Below, one piece after another: positions 8,890-18,383 of a DNA stretch of 64,000 nt. The stretch is from Lachnospiraceae bacterium (GTDB lineage: Bacteria > Bacillota > Clostridia > Lachnospirales > Lachnospiraceae), in the NCBI GenBank assembly GCA_022510525.1, contig JAFLTH010000004.1, positions 3,248 to 67,247 on the forward strand, read 5' to 3'. The notes under the pieces are model-generated. The model searched no databases, was not told the origin of the DNA, and saw only the letters and a program-made list of their open reading frames with translations. The position numbers were made by a program, and so were the translations under genes. The stretch's first letter is position 1. Each line of letters begins with the position of its first letter.

Positions 8890-10965
8890 TTAATGTTGAT
8901 TTTCAAACGCTTCATTAAGAACTTCACAGCCTTCCAGAACAAATTTTCCTTCAATGATAATTGGAATAACCTCGTTTTCACCTGTCACAACCGAGAGTTC
9001 ACCCAGTTCATCATAAGGTATGGTAATATCAGTGTGACAGTTATAATACGCTTTTTCGATATCTTCTTTTCGCAAAATCGAAACTTCGTTATCCCTTGCT
9101 ATGATTTCCTTTCCGTCAGGATTGTATACTTTCACATCTTCCGAGTGGGAATAACAGGTATCGCCCACCGCAAAGTGCGGTCCTGTTTTTTCCGCTATCA
9201 GAATAGGCATCTTATCTTCTATTCCATATTTTCTTGCGGCCACATAAGCAGTGGTATTTGTCCCAATCGCAAACTCACCGATTGGAAGTGTATCGTGATG
9301 ATAGAGTACGTTATCCTTGATATATTTTCTGTTTTCCTCCTGCGTATCAAAATTGGCACAGTTATATTCGGTGACCATCCCGTTCTCAAAAGAAATGGAC
9401 AGATCCTTATACTCCAGTTCTCCCAAAAATACCCGTGTCACGTGAAGAGTACCTTCGGTTCCCTCAAGCCTTGGAGAGGTAAAAACCTCTCCCACCGGAA
9501 TATTAACATCTGCAACACAGTTTTCAAAGTTGGTCTCTTTCTCAGAATTTTCCAAGGTGTGCAGATTTATCTTTAAATTGGTACGATTGGCTCCCATACC
9601 CTTTATAAGTACATAATCCCCTTTATCCAGAGTATCTATGATCGTCTGCTGGATTCCCTGATACAGCTTATAGTCCAGCGTATTTATACGTATGATTTCA
9701 TCAAAGATTTCCTCATATTTCTCTCCTATATCCGGAACAGGAAACGCTATGATTGTAAAACTCCGCTCCTCACCCTTGATATACTTATTCTGCATCGCTC
9801 CTAGCTTGGACATATACTCTACGGAAAGTTTCTGCTGCTTATCGCTTAGCTTGCAGGCGCTTTCTTTATTCTGAGGAACAAAGGGCAGCTCACCGAATAT
9901 TTCAAGCACGGCAGGTCCCCCAAAGACAGCCGCCTCATTTTTAAGTTCCTCATATGCTTTCTGCATACATTCGAGTTTGCGCTCTACAATCGTACCGTCC
10001 AGAAACAGCGCCTGGTCATCCTTGTGGTCATAATCAAACTGCTTGTTCGGATTCGCCCCGAAATATCCGTTTTTATTTACATTGCGCCCCTGAAAAATAC
10101 TGTAACCGGCACGATATGCGGTGGCCTTTAGACCGATTCGGTCAAAATTGAGTACCGCCTGCCTCATCATCCTTTCAAAGCCGAGCGCATAACGTATATT
10201 TACCGTTTTCTTAATGGAAATATCCTTATTACCTACCTCAAACCCAATGCGGTATCCTTCCGTATAAGTGTCAGCCATAAGACGCAGAGTGCTTTCTGAC
10301 AGCTGTGTCAGGTGCTTTGCGGTCCTGATTTCATTCTCTGTCACATATTCTCCATAATAATATAAATACCTTATATCCGATAAGTCGCTCTCCATTATTA
10401 TTCTGGTGGCAAAATCCCGCTGCGGAAGAAGCTGGGATGCAAGCCTTTCATATGCCTGCATTTCATAATAATCATTTACATACCAATAAATAATCTGCCT
10501 TAAGTGCTCCTTTGCCGGAACTTCCTCCGCAAAGCTCTGATACACTTCCAACAGCAGTTCCATACGAATGACCATGTCAGTCAATAATTGTTCATATGCC
10601 GCAGGAATCATACCTCTAAGCTCCGTATATACAAAACTCAGTTCCCGTCCGATTGACTCACCAAGACAATCCAGTGCATAGTCAGGGTTAGCATAGCTGT
10701 GTGTATAGTTCTCCGGAAGAATGTCCTCATACAATGCACGGTTTTTCATTTGTAACTCCTCTAAGGGAGCCTTATACAGGCTGCCATCCGATACAAAGTT
10801 CCATGTATCAACCATCATCAGGACAAACTCAGCCATTCTTTTAAAATAGTCCTGATAAACCTTGTCGCAGATTTGCTCCGAGGGAAGCTGAGTTATCCGC
10901 TCCAGTGCCAGCTCATATCTTTCCTTCAATATTTCATTTTCCTGAACTTTGTCTATTTCCTGCAT
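8890..10965 (-). CDS. Aminopeptidase, peptidase M29 family, long form
   Basis: NIPVGEVFTSP, IGEFAIGTN, AEK.GPHFAVG, HTDIT; start taken at MQEIDK after GAAAGGA. Confidence 0.85.
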   Translation of the reverse strand: MQEIDKVQENEILKERYELALERITQLPSEQICDKVYQDYFKRMAEFVLMMVDTWNFVSDGSLYKAPLEELQMKNRALYEDILPENYTHSYANPDYALDCLGESIGRELSFVYTELRGMIPAAYEQLLTDMVIRMELLLEVYQSFAEEVPAKEHLRQIIYWYVNDYYEMQAYERLASQLLPQRDFATRIIMESDLSDIRYLYYYGEYVTENEIRTAKHLTQLSESTLRLMADTYTEGYRIGFEVGNKDISIKKTVNIRYALGFERMMRQAVLNFDRIGLKATAYRAGYSIFQGRNVNKNGYFGANPNKQFDYDHKDDQALFLDGTIVERKLECMQKAYEELKNEAAVFGGPAVLEIFGELPFVPQNKESACKLSDKQQKLSVEYMSKLGAMQNKYIKGEERSFTIIAFPVPDIGEKYEEIFDEIIRINTLDYKLYQGIQQTIIDTLDKGDYVLIKGMGANRTNLKINLHTLENSEKETNFENCVADVNIPVGEVFTSPRLEGTEGTLHVTRVFLGELEYKDLSISFENGMVTEYNCANFDTQEENRKYIKDNVLYHHDTLPIGEFAIGTNTTAYVAARKYGIEDKMPILIAEKTGPHFAVGDTCYSHSEDVKVYNPDGKEIIARDNEVSILRKEDIEKAYYNCHTDITIPYDELGELSVVTGENEVIPIIIEGKFVLEGCEVLNEAFENQH

Positions 10966-11037
10966 TCCATTATTCCTTTCATATAAATTATGCATTATAT
11001 TCAACTATTGCCAAGCGTGAGACCTTAGGGAGCATTA

Positions 11038-11367
11038 TCACCCTCCGACTCCATATGCCCCCGCATACAAAATAAGGCTTATAACCGCAAGTGCTGCAAC
11101 ATTCAACACTATACCCAGATACGAAAAGAAATAGTATTTATCCTTTTCCGTCTTGGAAATGACTCCCAGGGTCACTCCCACAAAGGCAAATATTGTAACA
11201 AGTAAGGCTGCAGCTCCGTATTCACGAGGCACATTTCCCGAATTGCGGTAGCTCATTATAAGGGCATAAGCCAGTGTAATAAGGGATATTACGCCTAGTA
11301 TCGTTGCCATGATTCCCTTGGTCGTATGGCTTTTATTTGTAAAAATATAGCTGTTCTTACGGCTCAT
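11038..11367 (-). CDS. Small 3-TM membrane protein (DUF6142-like)
   Basis: MSRKNSYIFTNKSHTTKGIMATILG...; AAGGAG RBS before ATG 11367; three hydrophobic segments. Confidence 0.65.
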   Translation of the reverse strand: MSRKNSYIFTNKSHTTKGIMATILGVISLITLAYALIMSYRNSGNVPREYGAAALLVTIFAFVGVTLGVISKTEKDKYYFFSYLGIVLNVAALAVISLILYAGAYGVGG

Positions 11368-11385
11368 AAGTACTCCTTTTCCTAT

Positions 11386-11412
11386 AAAAAAGTCAGGCCC
11401 ATCCGCCTGACT
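11386..11412 (-). terminator. Intrinsic terminator
   Basis: AGTCAGGC/GCCTGACT stem followed by a T run on the minus strand. Confidence 0.7.
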
Positions 11413-11447
11413 TATGATGGGCATTCCTCACCATACCCATTATTATA

Positions 11448-11600
11448 TCAGAATAATATCTTGTTTCTACCAGCCAGAAGCTTGGCTCCCCCGATAAGAA
11501 GCAGAACTCCGCCTGTAACTCCAAATACTATTGATATCACTCCAACCGCAATATTCATAGCTCCGGCACCGCCCATTGTTTTATATGTTCTTTCTTCCAT
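11448..11600 (-). CDS. 50-aa small membrane protein, below the ORF-track cutoff
   Basis: MEERTYKTMGGAGAMNIAVGVISIVFGVTGGVLLLIGGAKLLAGRNKILF*; GGAAAGGG RBS; fills the gap after pyrE and is followed by a terminator. Confidence 0.75.
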   Translation of the reverse strand: MEERTYKTMGGAGAMNIAVGVISIVFGVTGGVLLLIGGAKLLAGRNKILF

Positions 11601-11641
11601 TATGATATCATCCCTTTCCATAAGCCTGTAAGGCTCATTTA

Positions 11642-12319
11642 TTATTTTGCTCCGTACTGCTCATAATATGCATCAATAGCTGCTTTCAAAGTATCATCTA
11701 TATATATCGTACCTTTATATGGCTTGTTATGTAAACAAGCAACTACATCTTCCATAGTAACAATTGCATTTGCTCCGAAACCATATTTGCTTCGAATCTC
11801 TTCAAGTGCGCTCTTTTCGCTCTCAAGTCCCCTCTCCATACGGTTCAGAGATACCATAAGACCTATGACTTCCACATTTGCCTGAGCCTTGATGATAGGG
11901 AAGGTCTCTTCTATGGATTTGCCGGAAGTGGTAACATCCTCGATTATAACTACCTTATCGCCATCCTTTAACTTGCTTCCAAGAAGGATACCCGTATCCC
12001 CATGGTCTTTTACCTCTTTACGGTTAGAACAGTATCTGATTTCCTTGCCGTAAAGCTCACTTATAGCCATCGTAGTTGCAACACTAAGGGGAATACCCTT
12101 ATATGCAGGCCCGAATAGTACGTCAAAGTCAAGACCGTAGTGGTCATGGATAGCCTTAGCATAGTATTCTCCCAGCTTACGCAGCTGCGCACCTGTCACA
12201 TAGGCTCCCGCATTCATAAAAAAAGGAGATTTCCTTCCGCTTTTTAATGTAAAATCACCAAATTTAAGTACCTGACACTCTAACATGAACTCAATAAATT
12301 CCTGCTTGTACTGTTCCAT
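11642..12319 (-). CDS. pyrE: Orotate phosphoribosyltransferase
   Basis: FTLKSGRKSPFF, FGPAYKGIP, NRKEVKDHG, PRPP motif VIIEDVTTSG; AAGGAGG RBS before ATG 12319. Confidence 0.97.
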   Translation of the reverse strand: MEQYKQEFIEFMLECQVLKFGDFTLKSGRKSPFFMNAGAYVTGAQLRKLGEYYAKAIHDHYGLDFDVLFGPAYKGIPLSVATTMAISELYGKEIRYCSNRKEVKDHGDTGILLGSKLKDGDKVVIIEDVTTSGKSIEETFPIIKAQANVEVIGLMVSLNRMERGLESEKSALEEIRSKYGFGANAIVTMEDVVACLHNKPYKGTIYIDDTLKAAIDAYYEQYGAK

Positions 12320-12369
12320 TTTGTGTAAACCTCCTTTTGTCAATTTGTACCATTTCTTATACTTTTCAT

Positions 12370-12398
12370 AGTCTAACACAAAATCGGGGGGTTTTCAA
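12370..12398 (-). promoter_or_regulatory. Putative sigma-A promoter of pyrE
   Basis: TTGAAA-17bp-TAGACT with extended TG on the minus strand. Confidence 0.5.
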
Positions 12399-12429
12399 TT
12401 GGTTTTGGGGAATAGCAAAAAAATCCCTC

Positions 12430-12458
12430 TTGACACATCCAGACTATTATGGTAGTCT
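12430..12458 (+). promoter_or_regulatory. Sigma-A promoter of the blaI-blaR-like operon
   Basis: TTGACA (12430-35), 17 bp, TAGTCT (12453-58), with extended TG. Confidence 0.7.
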
Positions 12459-12489
12459 TAATTAAAACCGCGGACTATTACAATAGTCT
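12441..12489. promoter_or_regulatory. Two BlaI-type palindromic operators GACTA-N6-TAGTC
   Basis: AGACTAttatggTAGTCT (12441-58, overlaps the -10) and GGACTAttacaaTAGTCT (12472-89); 31-bp spacing. Confidence 0.8.
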
Positions 12490-12515
12490 GATTCCGACAA
12501 GAAAGGAGACATACC

Positions 12516-12869
12516 ATGAAACTCTTCGACTCAGAACTAAAAGTAATGGAAGTTCTATGGGAACAAGGCAGCCTGCCTGCCCGTGATATTGTAGATGTGT
12601 TATCGGCCAAAATAGGCTGGAACAAAAACACCACCTACACCGTAATCAAGAAATGTATTGAAAAAGGCGCCATCGAGCGTGAGGAACCCAATTTTTTATG
12701 CAAACCTCTTGTGACTAAAGACGAAGTTGCACAGAGTGAAACCGAGCAGTTAATAGATAAAATGTTCGGCGGTTCAAGCGAACTGTTTTTCTCATCTTTT
12801 CTTAAAAATCAGGGAATCTCCGAGGAAGATGCCAAACGACTTTCCCAAATGATAAAGGAGGCTAAGTAA
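12516..12869 (+). CDS. BlaI/MecI/CopY-family transcriptional repressor
   Basis: SELKVMEVLW...WNKNTTYTVIKK..EKGAI...MFGGS pattern. Confidence 0.92.
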   Translation: MKLFDSELKVMEVLWEQGSLPARDIVDVLSAKIGWNKNTTYTVIKKCIEKGAIEREEPNFLCKPLVTKDEVAQSETEQLIDKMFGGSSELFFSSFLKNQGISEEDAKRLSQMIKEAK

Positions 12870-12870
12870 T

Positions 12871-14511
12871 ATGCTGCATTTTAGAATGAATATGCCCTTT
12901 GTACTAATGGCTTTCTACGGAAGCCTTATGATTATAATTGTTCTGCTGTTTCGCGCTTTTCTTAAGGATAAGCTGCCTAAGTTTGTTTTTCCGATACTTT
13001 GGTGTGTTGTACTGCTGCGCCTGCTTGTACCATTTTCCTTAAGCAGTCCCTTAAGTATCAAAGTATCTGATAATTCGCAGTTATCTATGTTGTCTGAATT
13101 TATCAATGCCATAGGTGTAAATGCTTCAAGCGATACAGCCTATGCATCGTCTACTTATGAGGAGGAGGATAGCATAGCTGCAAGCGGTACAGGAGTAGAC
13201 CATCCCGACATTAGTGCGGATATACCGGAAGATACCCCTATTTTTCAATATTCTGATGTGATTGAAACACAATCAGAAACACCTATTACAATTACCTATG
13301 CCGGTACGGCATCATATACTATGGGTGATATTAGATTTTTACCTTTTAATACATTAATATTAATTCCCGTATTTTATTTTGCAGGCATGTTAATAACAGT
13401 AGTTATTTTATTATTGCAAAGAATACGTTATATTTCCAGGCTGAAAAACCGCCTGCTAATCGAGCATAACGAAACCATAAACAATATTCTGCGCGAAATG
13501 AATATGGGACATATACTGGTATTTACCAATGATGAGATTGCTTCTCCTTTGGTATGCGGTTTATTTTCACCCCGCATCTATCTGCCAACAAGGATGGATT
13601 TTGGTAATACGGAGCTTCTTGGCCACATACTTACACACGAAGTCATGCATATAAGAAGGAAGGATAACTGGATTAAAACAGCTATGCTGGCAGCGTTTAT
13701 CTTAAACTGGTTCAATCCTTTAGTCTGGCTGATGTCAAAATATCTTTCATCGGATTTGGAAACCGCATGCGACGAGGCTGTCCTTACGAAATACCATGAA
13801 GAAGAATCAAGGAAAAGCTATGCTTACAGTCTTCTTGCAATGGCAATAACAGGAAACCGGCCTACGCTGCTTTACAGTGCCTTTTCCAAAACGGAGGTAG
13901 AAAAACGCATTAAAAATATACTGAATTATAAAAAAGCATCTGCTTTACTTATTACTTTTACTGCAGTATTCATATTGTGCAGTACAGTTGCATTTGCTAC
14001 GGGACCGCAGGCTCCTTTTTCCTCATATTTGTCTTCCTATTGTGCAAGCAGCAGCTGTCGATGGGGCGTTAAAGTTAGCATAACACGTGATATTTTACTT
14101 GGCAAAAATGCTCAAAAACGTGCTGATGATATCGTATTAGACACTCTTAGAACAGATACAACAAATGACCCTGAACTTATAGAAAATCGTATCCGGCAGG
14201 CTCTGGCTAATGAGTTTAACGTGGAAACAGGCGCCTTTGACTTTAGCTTCAGCTTATGCTTAGATGATGAAGAGAGGGATAAAGAGTGGGAAGAATGGAA
14301 TCTTACAAAGGATACCCATGGCTATTTTCTCTACAAAGGCGAGCCTGTCAGGGTTTATATTGACGAAGGGGGCGGTTACTATCAATCCAGAGAAGAGGGT
14401 TCAGTTGACATAACTGTGGAGAGGGATAAATACGGGTATATAAGCCGTATTGTGGAATTGCGTGAAGGCGACAGCGATTTTGACCGCCGCACCAGAGATA
14501 TCGAACATTAA
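12871..14511 (+). CDS. BlaR1-like M56 metallopeptidase sensor with a non-PBP C-terminal domain
   Basis: LWCVVLLRLLVP, SPLVCG...PRIYLP, HEVMH zinc motif, WFNPLVW, ETACDEAV, EKRIKNIL; the C-terminal ~170 aa do not resemble a penicillin-binding domain. Confidence 0.9.
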   Translation: MLHFRMNMPFVLMAFYGSLMIIIVLLFRAFLKDKLPKFVFPILWCVVLLRLLVPFSLSSPLSIKVSDNSQLSMLSEFINAIGVNASSDTAYASSTYEEEDSIAASGTGVDHPDISADIPEDTPIFQYSDVIETQSETPITITYAGTASYTMGDIRFLPFNTLILIPVFYFAGMLITVVILLLQRIRYISRLKNRLLIEHNETINNILREMNMGHILVFTNDEIASPLVCGLFSPRIYLPTRMDFGNTELLGHILTHEVMHIRRKDNWIKTAMLAAFILNWFNPLVWLMSKYLSSDLETACDEAVLTKYHEEESRKSYAYSLLAMAITGNRPTLLYSAFSKTEVEKRIKNILNYKKASALLITFTAVFILCSTVAFATGPQAPFSSYLSSYCASSSCRWGVKVSITRDILLGKNAQKRADDIVLDTLRTDTTNDPELIENRIRQALANEFNVETGAFDFSFSLCLDDEERDKEWEEWNLTKDTHGYFLYKGEPVRVYIDEGGGYYQSREEGSVDITVERDKYGYISRIVELREGDSDFDRRTRDIEH

Positions 14512-14520
14512 TATGGAATT

Positions 14521-14555
14521 AAAAAGCGGGGCGCTTATCTTCCAAGCGCCCCCGC
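14521..14555 (-). terminator. Terminator overlapping the pyrF stop, between convergent genes
   Basis: GCGGGG(G)CGCTT/AAGCGCCCCGC stem followed by T5 on the minus strand. Confidence 0.75.
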
Positions 14556-15458
14556 AATATCTTCTTTCATCGCAAGCACTGCCTCTCTTGAAGCCTCTGC
14601 GAAATGCTCTGCTCCAAACTTAGCATACTGCTCCTGCTGATACGCCGCTATAATGCCTCTGGATGAATTTACTATTGCTCCGAGTCCGTCTTCATTAAAG
14701 AAATGTACAAGATCGGCGCCCTTTCCGCCCTGAGCCCCATATCCGGGCACAAGAATGAAGGTCTTAGGCATAAGCTTACGCAATATCTTACCCTGCTCCG
14801 GATAAGTTGCGCCTACCACTGCGCCTACATTACTGTATGAGCTTCCCATACAGTCCTCACCCCATTTTGCAACCATCTCACCGACATGCTCATAGAGCGG
14901 TCTTTTGTCTATCACACGGTCCTGAATCTCACCGCTGCTGGGATTTGATGTCTTTACCAACAGGAATATTCCCTTATTTTCTTCCTTACATACCTTAATA
15001 AAAGGTGTAACACCATCTGAGCCAAAATAAGGATTCACAGTTATAAAGTCCTCGTCAAAACCACTGTAGAGCTTACTTCCTACCTGTACTTTTCCAATGT
15101 GCCCTATTGCATATGCTTCGGAAGTCGAACCAATGTCACCACGTTTGATATCACCGATTACAACAAGCCCTTTTTCCTTACAATAATCCACGGTCTTTTT
15201 AAAAACAACCAATCCTTCTATGCCGAACTGTTCATACATAGCAATCTGAGGCTTGACCGCGGGAATTAAATCACATATGTTATCTATTATTCCTTTATTA
15301 AAAAGCCATATTGCCTCTGCTGCGCCCTTAAGCGTTTCACCATATTCGTCATATGCCTTTTTCTTCAAATGCTCCGGAACATATTTAAGCATTGGGTCCA
15401 GACCCACAACAATCGGCGCTCCGGTCTTTTTAATCTTTTCAACTAATTGATCAATCAT
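14535..15458 (-). CDS. pyrF: Orotidine-5'-phosphate decarboxylase (subfamily 2)
   Basis: VGLDP, KPQIA, DIKRGDIGST, KTSNP, GAVVGAT, VPGYGAQGG, NSSR. Confidence 0.96.
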   Translation of the reverse strand: MIDQLVEKIKKTGAPIVVGLDPMLKYVPEHLKKKAYDEYGETLKGAAEAIWLFNKGIIDNICDLIPAVKPQIAMYEQFGIEGLVVFKKTVDYCKEKGLVVIGDIKRGDIGSTSEAYAIGHIGKVQVGSKLYSGFDEDFITVNPYFGSDGVTPFIKVCKEENKGIFLLVKTSNPSSGEIQDRVIDKRPLYEHVGEMVAKWGEDCMGSSYSNVGAVVGATYPEQGKILRKLMPKTFILVPGYGAQGGKGADLVHFFNEDGLGAIVNSSRGIIAAYQQEQYAKFGAEHFAEASREAVLAMKEDIAGALGR

Positions 15459-15859
15459 AATGCTTTTCCCTTTAAATCCTGCAGAACAAACTGGTTTTCA
15501 ATATATTCCTCAATCTGCGCTCTGGTAACCCACTGATATTCTCCAAACTCCTCCGGTAAAACTATGTTATGCTCTTCTTCATCTGCAATGGAACATATAT
15601 ACGCTATACCTATACAATGTGTATCTGCCAGCATATTCGACCAGGTATATTCAATTTTCTCTATTCTACCGTCTATGGACAAAAGCTCATGAATTGCACG
15701 AGTCATTGCATCATCCGGAGCTTCCCCATGGTTTACTTCAGTATCTATAAATTCCCAAACAAACGGATCCGGAATACGGTCATCCACCCATCTTTTTATT
15801 AACAGATACTTATCTCCCTTTTTAATAATTCCCTTAACACGAACGTATGTATTTCCCAT
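15455..15859 (-). CDS. NUDIX-fold protein with a degenerate Nudix box
   Basis: KGII...YLLIKR...WEF...GEAPDDAMTRAIHE; 4-bp overlap with the pyrF start. Confidence 0.65.
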   Translation of the reverse strand: MGNTYVRVKGIIKKGDKYLLIKRWVDDRIPDPFVWEFIDTEVNHGEAPDDAMTRAIHELLSIDGRIEKIEYTWSNMLADTHCIGIAYICSIADEEEHNIVLPEEFGEYQWVTRAQIEEYIENQFVLQDLKGKAL

Positions 15860-15993
15860 AATTTCCACCTCTCCTCATATTGACCGGTATAGTCAATGTA
15901 CTGATTACAACAATCTGTTATTTTCACAACTACTATATATAGTACCATTGAGGTATACTATTGTCAATATATAACACTTACGGGAATTATAAT

Positions 15994-17037
15994 CTATCTG
16001 GTCTTCAAGAACTTATATTCTCTCTGCGCTTCCTCATCATCCGGATAGGATTTCAAATAATTACTCATAAGAGCCGCCGCTGTCTTAAAATCCTCCATAT
16101 ATTCATAGGCAACAATTTCATTGAATTTAAGCGACTGCATTATTTCATTACCCTCAATATTCATACCTTCCTGAAAAGAAGAAAGCGCCAGCTCATACTC
16201 ACCCATCTGTATACGGCATAACCCCAGTTGATTATAGATTTCCGCCTTACTCTGGTCTAGCAGGGTATAATCATTATATATACTGGAAGCATAATTGTAG
16301 TCTCCCAACGCCTCATAGGTTCTTCCAAGATATAAGGCAGCCTCATAATCCGAAGAAATCTTAACTTTCAAAAGATACTCTCTGGCATTTTCGTAATCCT
16401 CAAGGTAATAGTAAATGCGCCCCATATCATAGTTATTTATGGATTTTTCATTCTCGGCTATCGCCTGTTGCAGATATTCCCTTCCTATATCCTTATAGCC
16501 GTTGTCCGTAAGTGCATTGTAAATTTGAATCAGGCGGTTATAATCATTTTTGTCCAATGCAATCGCACTGTCAAAATCCAGCTTTGCGTCCTCAAAACTG
16601 CCACTGTAAAGCTTTACGCAGCCTCTTAAATAATATGCTTCCTTTTCTTTGGGTCTCAGTGCAAGGATTGCATCATATGTAGAAATTGCATCCTCATTTT
16701 GATTATTTCTATAATACGCGGTTGCAAGATAATAATTTATATCATAATCCATATCTACGGGAGTTCCGTCGCTAAGCTGCAGTGCCCTTTCAAAATATGT
16801 AATAGCATCTTCATACTGAGACAGACCCATATATGCCAGACCAAATCCCCGGCATACCTGCCTTTCATCCTCACCATCGGAGAGCGCATCTTTGAAATAA
16901 TCCAGTGCTTCATTGTATTCAAGGTTCTGAACGGCTTCCATGCCGGCCGTAAGATTGTCGGGATCTTTCTCGGCACCGCAGCCGGTACAGAATATCGCAA
17001 GCGCTATGCCGGCAACTATCAGTTTTAACTTACTCAT
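15994..17037 (-). CDS. TPR-repeat lipoprotein
   Basis: Lipobox-like AIFCTGC; multiple TPR repeats (Y..A..YF..AL). Confidence 0.8.
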   Translation of the reverse strand: MSKLKLIVAGIALAIFCTGCGAEKDPDNLTAGMEAVQNLEYNEALDYFKDALSDGEDERQVCRGFGLAYMGLSQYEDAITYFERALQLSDGTPVDMDYDINYYLATAYYRNNQNEDAISTYDAILALRPKEKEAYYLRGCVKLYSGSFEDAKLDFDSAIALDKNDYNRLIQIYNALTDNGYKDIGREYLQQAIAENEKSINNYDMGRIYYYLEDYENAREYLLKVKISSDYEAALYLGRTYEALGDYNYASSIYNDYTLLDQSKAEIYNQLGLCRIQMGEYELALSSFQEGMNIEGNEIMQSLKFNEIVAYEYMEDFKTAAALMSNYLKSYPDDEEAQREYKFLKTR

Positions 17038-17183
17038 TTGTTTTTCCTCAATTATTTTAATCAATTACTTGGATTACAAAACTCACAAACAGGCGCCTTG
17101 CAATCTAATTCTTTATAATTTTCTTATAATTAAATGTTACTATATATTACTATTTTAGCACAGATAAATTACCGCGCCAATCA

Positions 17184-17930
17184 CTAAATAAGATTTCCAA
17201 ACACCAAATCCTTAATAATTCCGAAAAATTCCCTTACCATATTATTAAGCTGAAAAATAATATTGGAATCCGCCGATATACCGCAGACATTCTTAATCCC
17301 CTGATGTCTTGCAAGATGAACACCGCGGAATACATGAAAATTGTTGGTGACAATCCCCACCCTGTCATTTTCCTTATCAAGAAATACTGCACTGTAGGCT
17401 ATATTTTCCGAAGTATCCGTGGACTTGTCCTCCATGATTATTCGTTTACCCTCAATCCCTCTTTCCGTAAGATAATCATACATGCCCTGCGCCTCACTTC
17501 GGGGTTCATTATAGCCCTGACCGCCTGAAACAATGCACAACGTGTTTTCATTTTCTATCAGATAATCGTAAGCTTCATCCAGGCGGAATTTGAGCGCCGC
17601 GGAAGGTCCGTTTTCCTTTACCTGCGCCCCCAGAACAATAATATAATCCAGATTTGATTCTCCTTTTGCCCCAAAGGAGCTAATGATACAGGCTTCAACC
17701 GCAACAAATATAATAACACTTGTTACCAAAATACCAACAGCCGTATATCTGAATCCGGCAGGTATCCTGCTCCACCAATTAAAATGTATCATCACCGCAA
17801 GTCCTGTAAAAAACAAGCCCGCCAATCCCCAGAACATATAAAACCTACCGCCGGAATGTATACTGAAAATCAGTGCACAATAACCAAAACACAATAAACT
17901 GCACAGGATAAATATAATCATCTTTTTCAT
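17184..17930 (-). CDS. YdcF/DUF218 family membrane protein
   Basis: Three N-terminal TMs; IIVLGA, RLD.A, VSGGQG, SEA, STDTSEN, VTNNFH..R. Confidence 0.9.
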   Translation of the reverse strand: MKKMIIFILCSLLCFGYCALIFSIHSGGRFYMFWGLAGLFFTGLAVMIHFNWWSRIPAGFRYTAVGILVTSVIIFVAVEACIISSFGAKGESNLDYIIVLGAQVKENGPSAALKFRLDEAYDYLIENENTLCIVSGGQGYNEPRSEAQGMYDYLTERGIEGKRIIMEDKSTDTSENIAYSAVFLDKENDRVGIVTNNFHVFRGVHLARHQGIKNVCGISADSNIIFQLNNMVREFFGIIKDLVFGNLI

Positions 17931-17969
17931 ACTGCTTTCTCTCTGTTTATCTCCGATAATATACCATTA

Positions 17970-18004
17970 TAAATGCCGGCCCCCAACAGAGAAGCCGGCA
18001 TTTA
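17970..18004 (-). terminator. Hairpin/terminator ending the chemosensory cluster
   Basis: TAAATGCCGGC/GCCGGCATTTA inverted repeat just after the Hpt stop. Confidence 0.6.
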
Positions 18005-18006
18005 GC

Positions 18007-18363
18007 TTAACCTTCCATATGACTTTCTATACATGCAACAATCTTTTCCTGAATCGGCAATACTTCTTCAAGAAGCGTTCTTGCCGCTTCAGGGTCACCC
18101 GCACGAAGCAGGTCTACAATCTTAGTGTAGGCTTCGTAAACAGGAGTAATAGACAAATTTCCCGATGTTCCTTTGATTGCATGTGTCTTTTCTATTACTT
18201 CATTATAGTCCGTGCCGTCAAAATCAGGTTGCACATTATATGTGTTAATAGCCTTGACAAAAGAACCAAGCAACCTGGTATACAGTTTTTCGTTTCCGCT
18301 TATACGTTTTAGTCCTTCGTCAATATCTACACCCAATTCTCTAAGCTCATCAAAAAGACTCAT
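18007..18363 (-). CDS. Stand-alone Hpt phosphotransfer protein
   Basis: GVDIDEGLKR..GN...THAIKGTSGNL with the conserved His. Confidence 0.88.
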   Translation of the reverse strand: MSLFDELRELGVDIDEGLKRISGNEKLYTRLLGSFVKAINTYNVQPDFDGTDYNEVIEKTHAIKGTSGNLSITPVYEAYTKIVDLLRAGDPEAARTLLEEVLPIQEKIVACIESHMEG

Positions 18364-18383
18364 CGAATTTGCTCCTCTCTATA

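Noticed and set aside
15879-15897. ATTGAC-N7-GTCAAT palindrome as a third BlaI operator
   Set aside because: Core and spacing differ from GACTA-N6-TAGTC; too short to support
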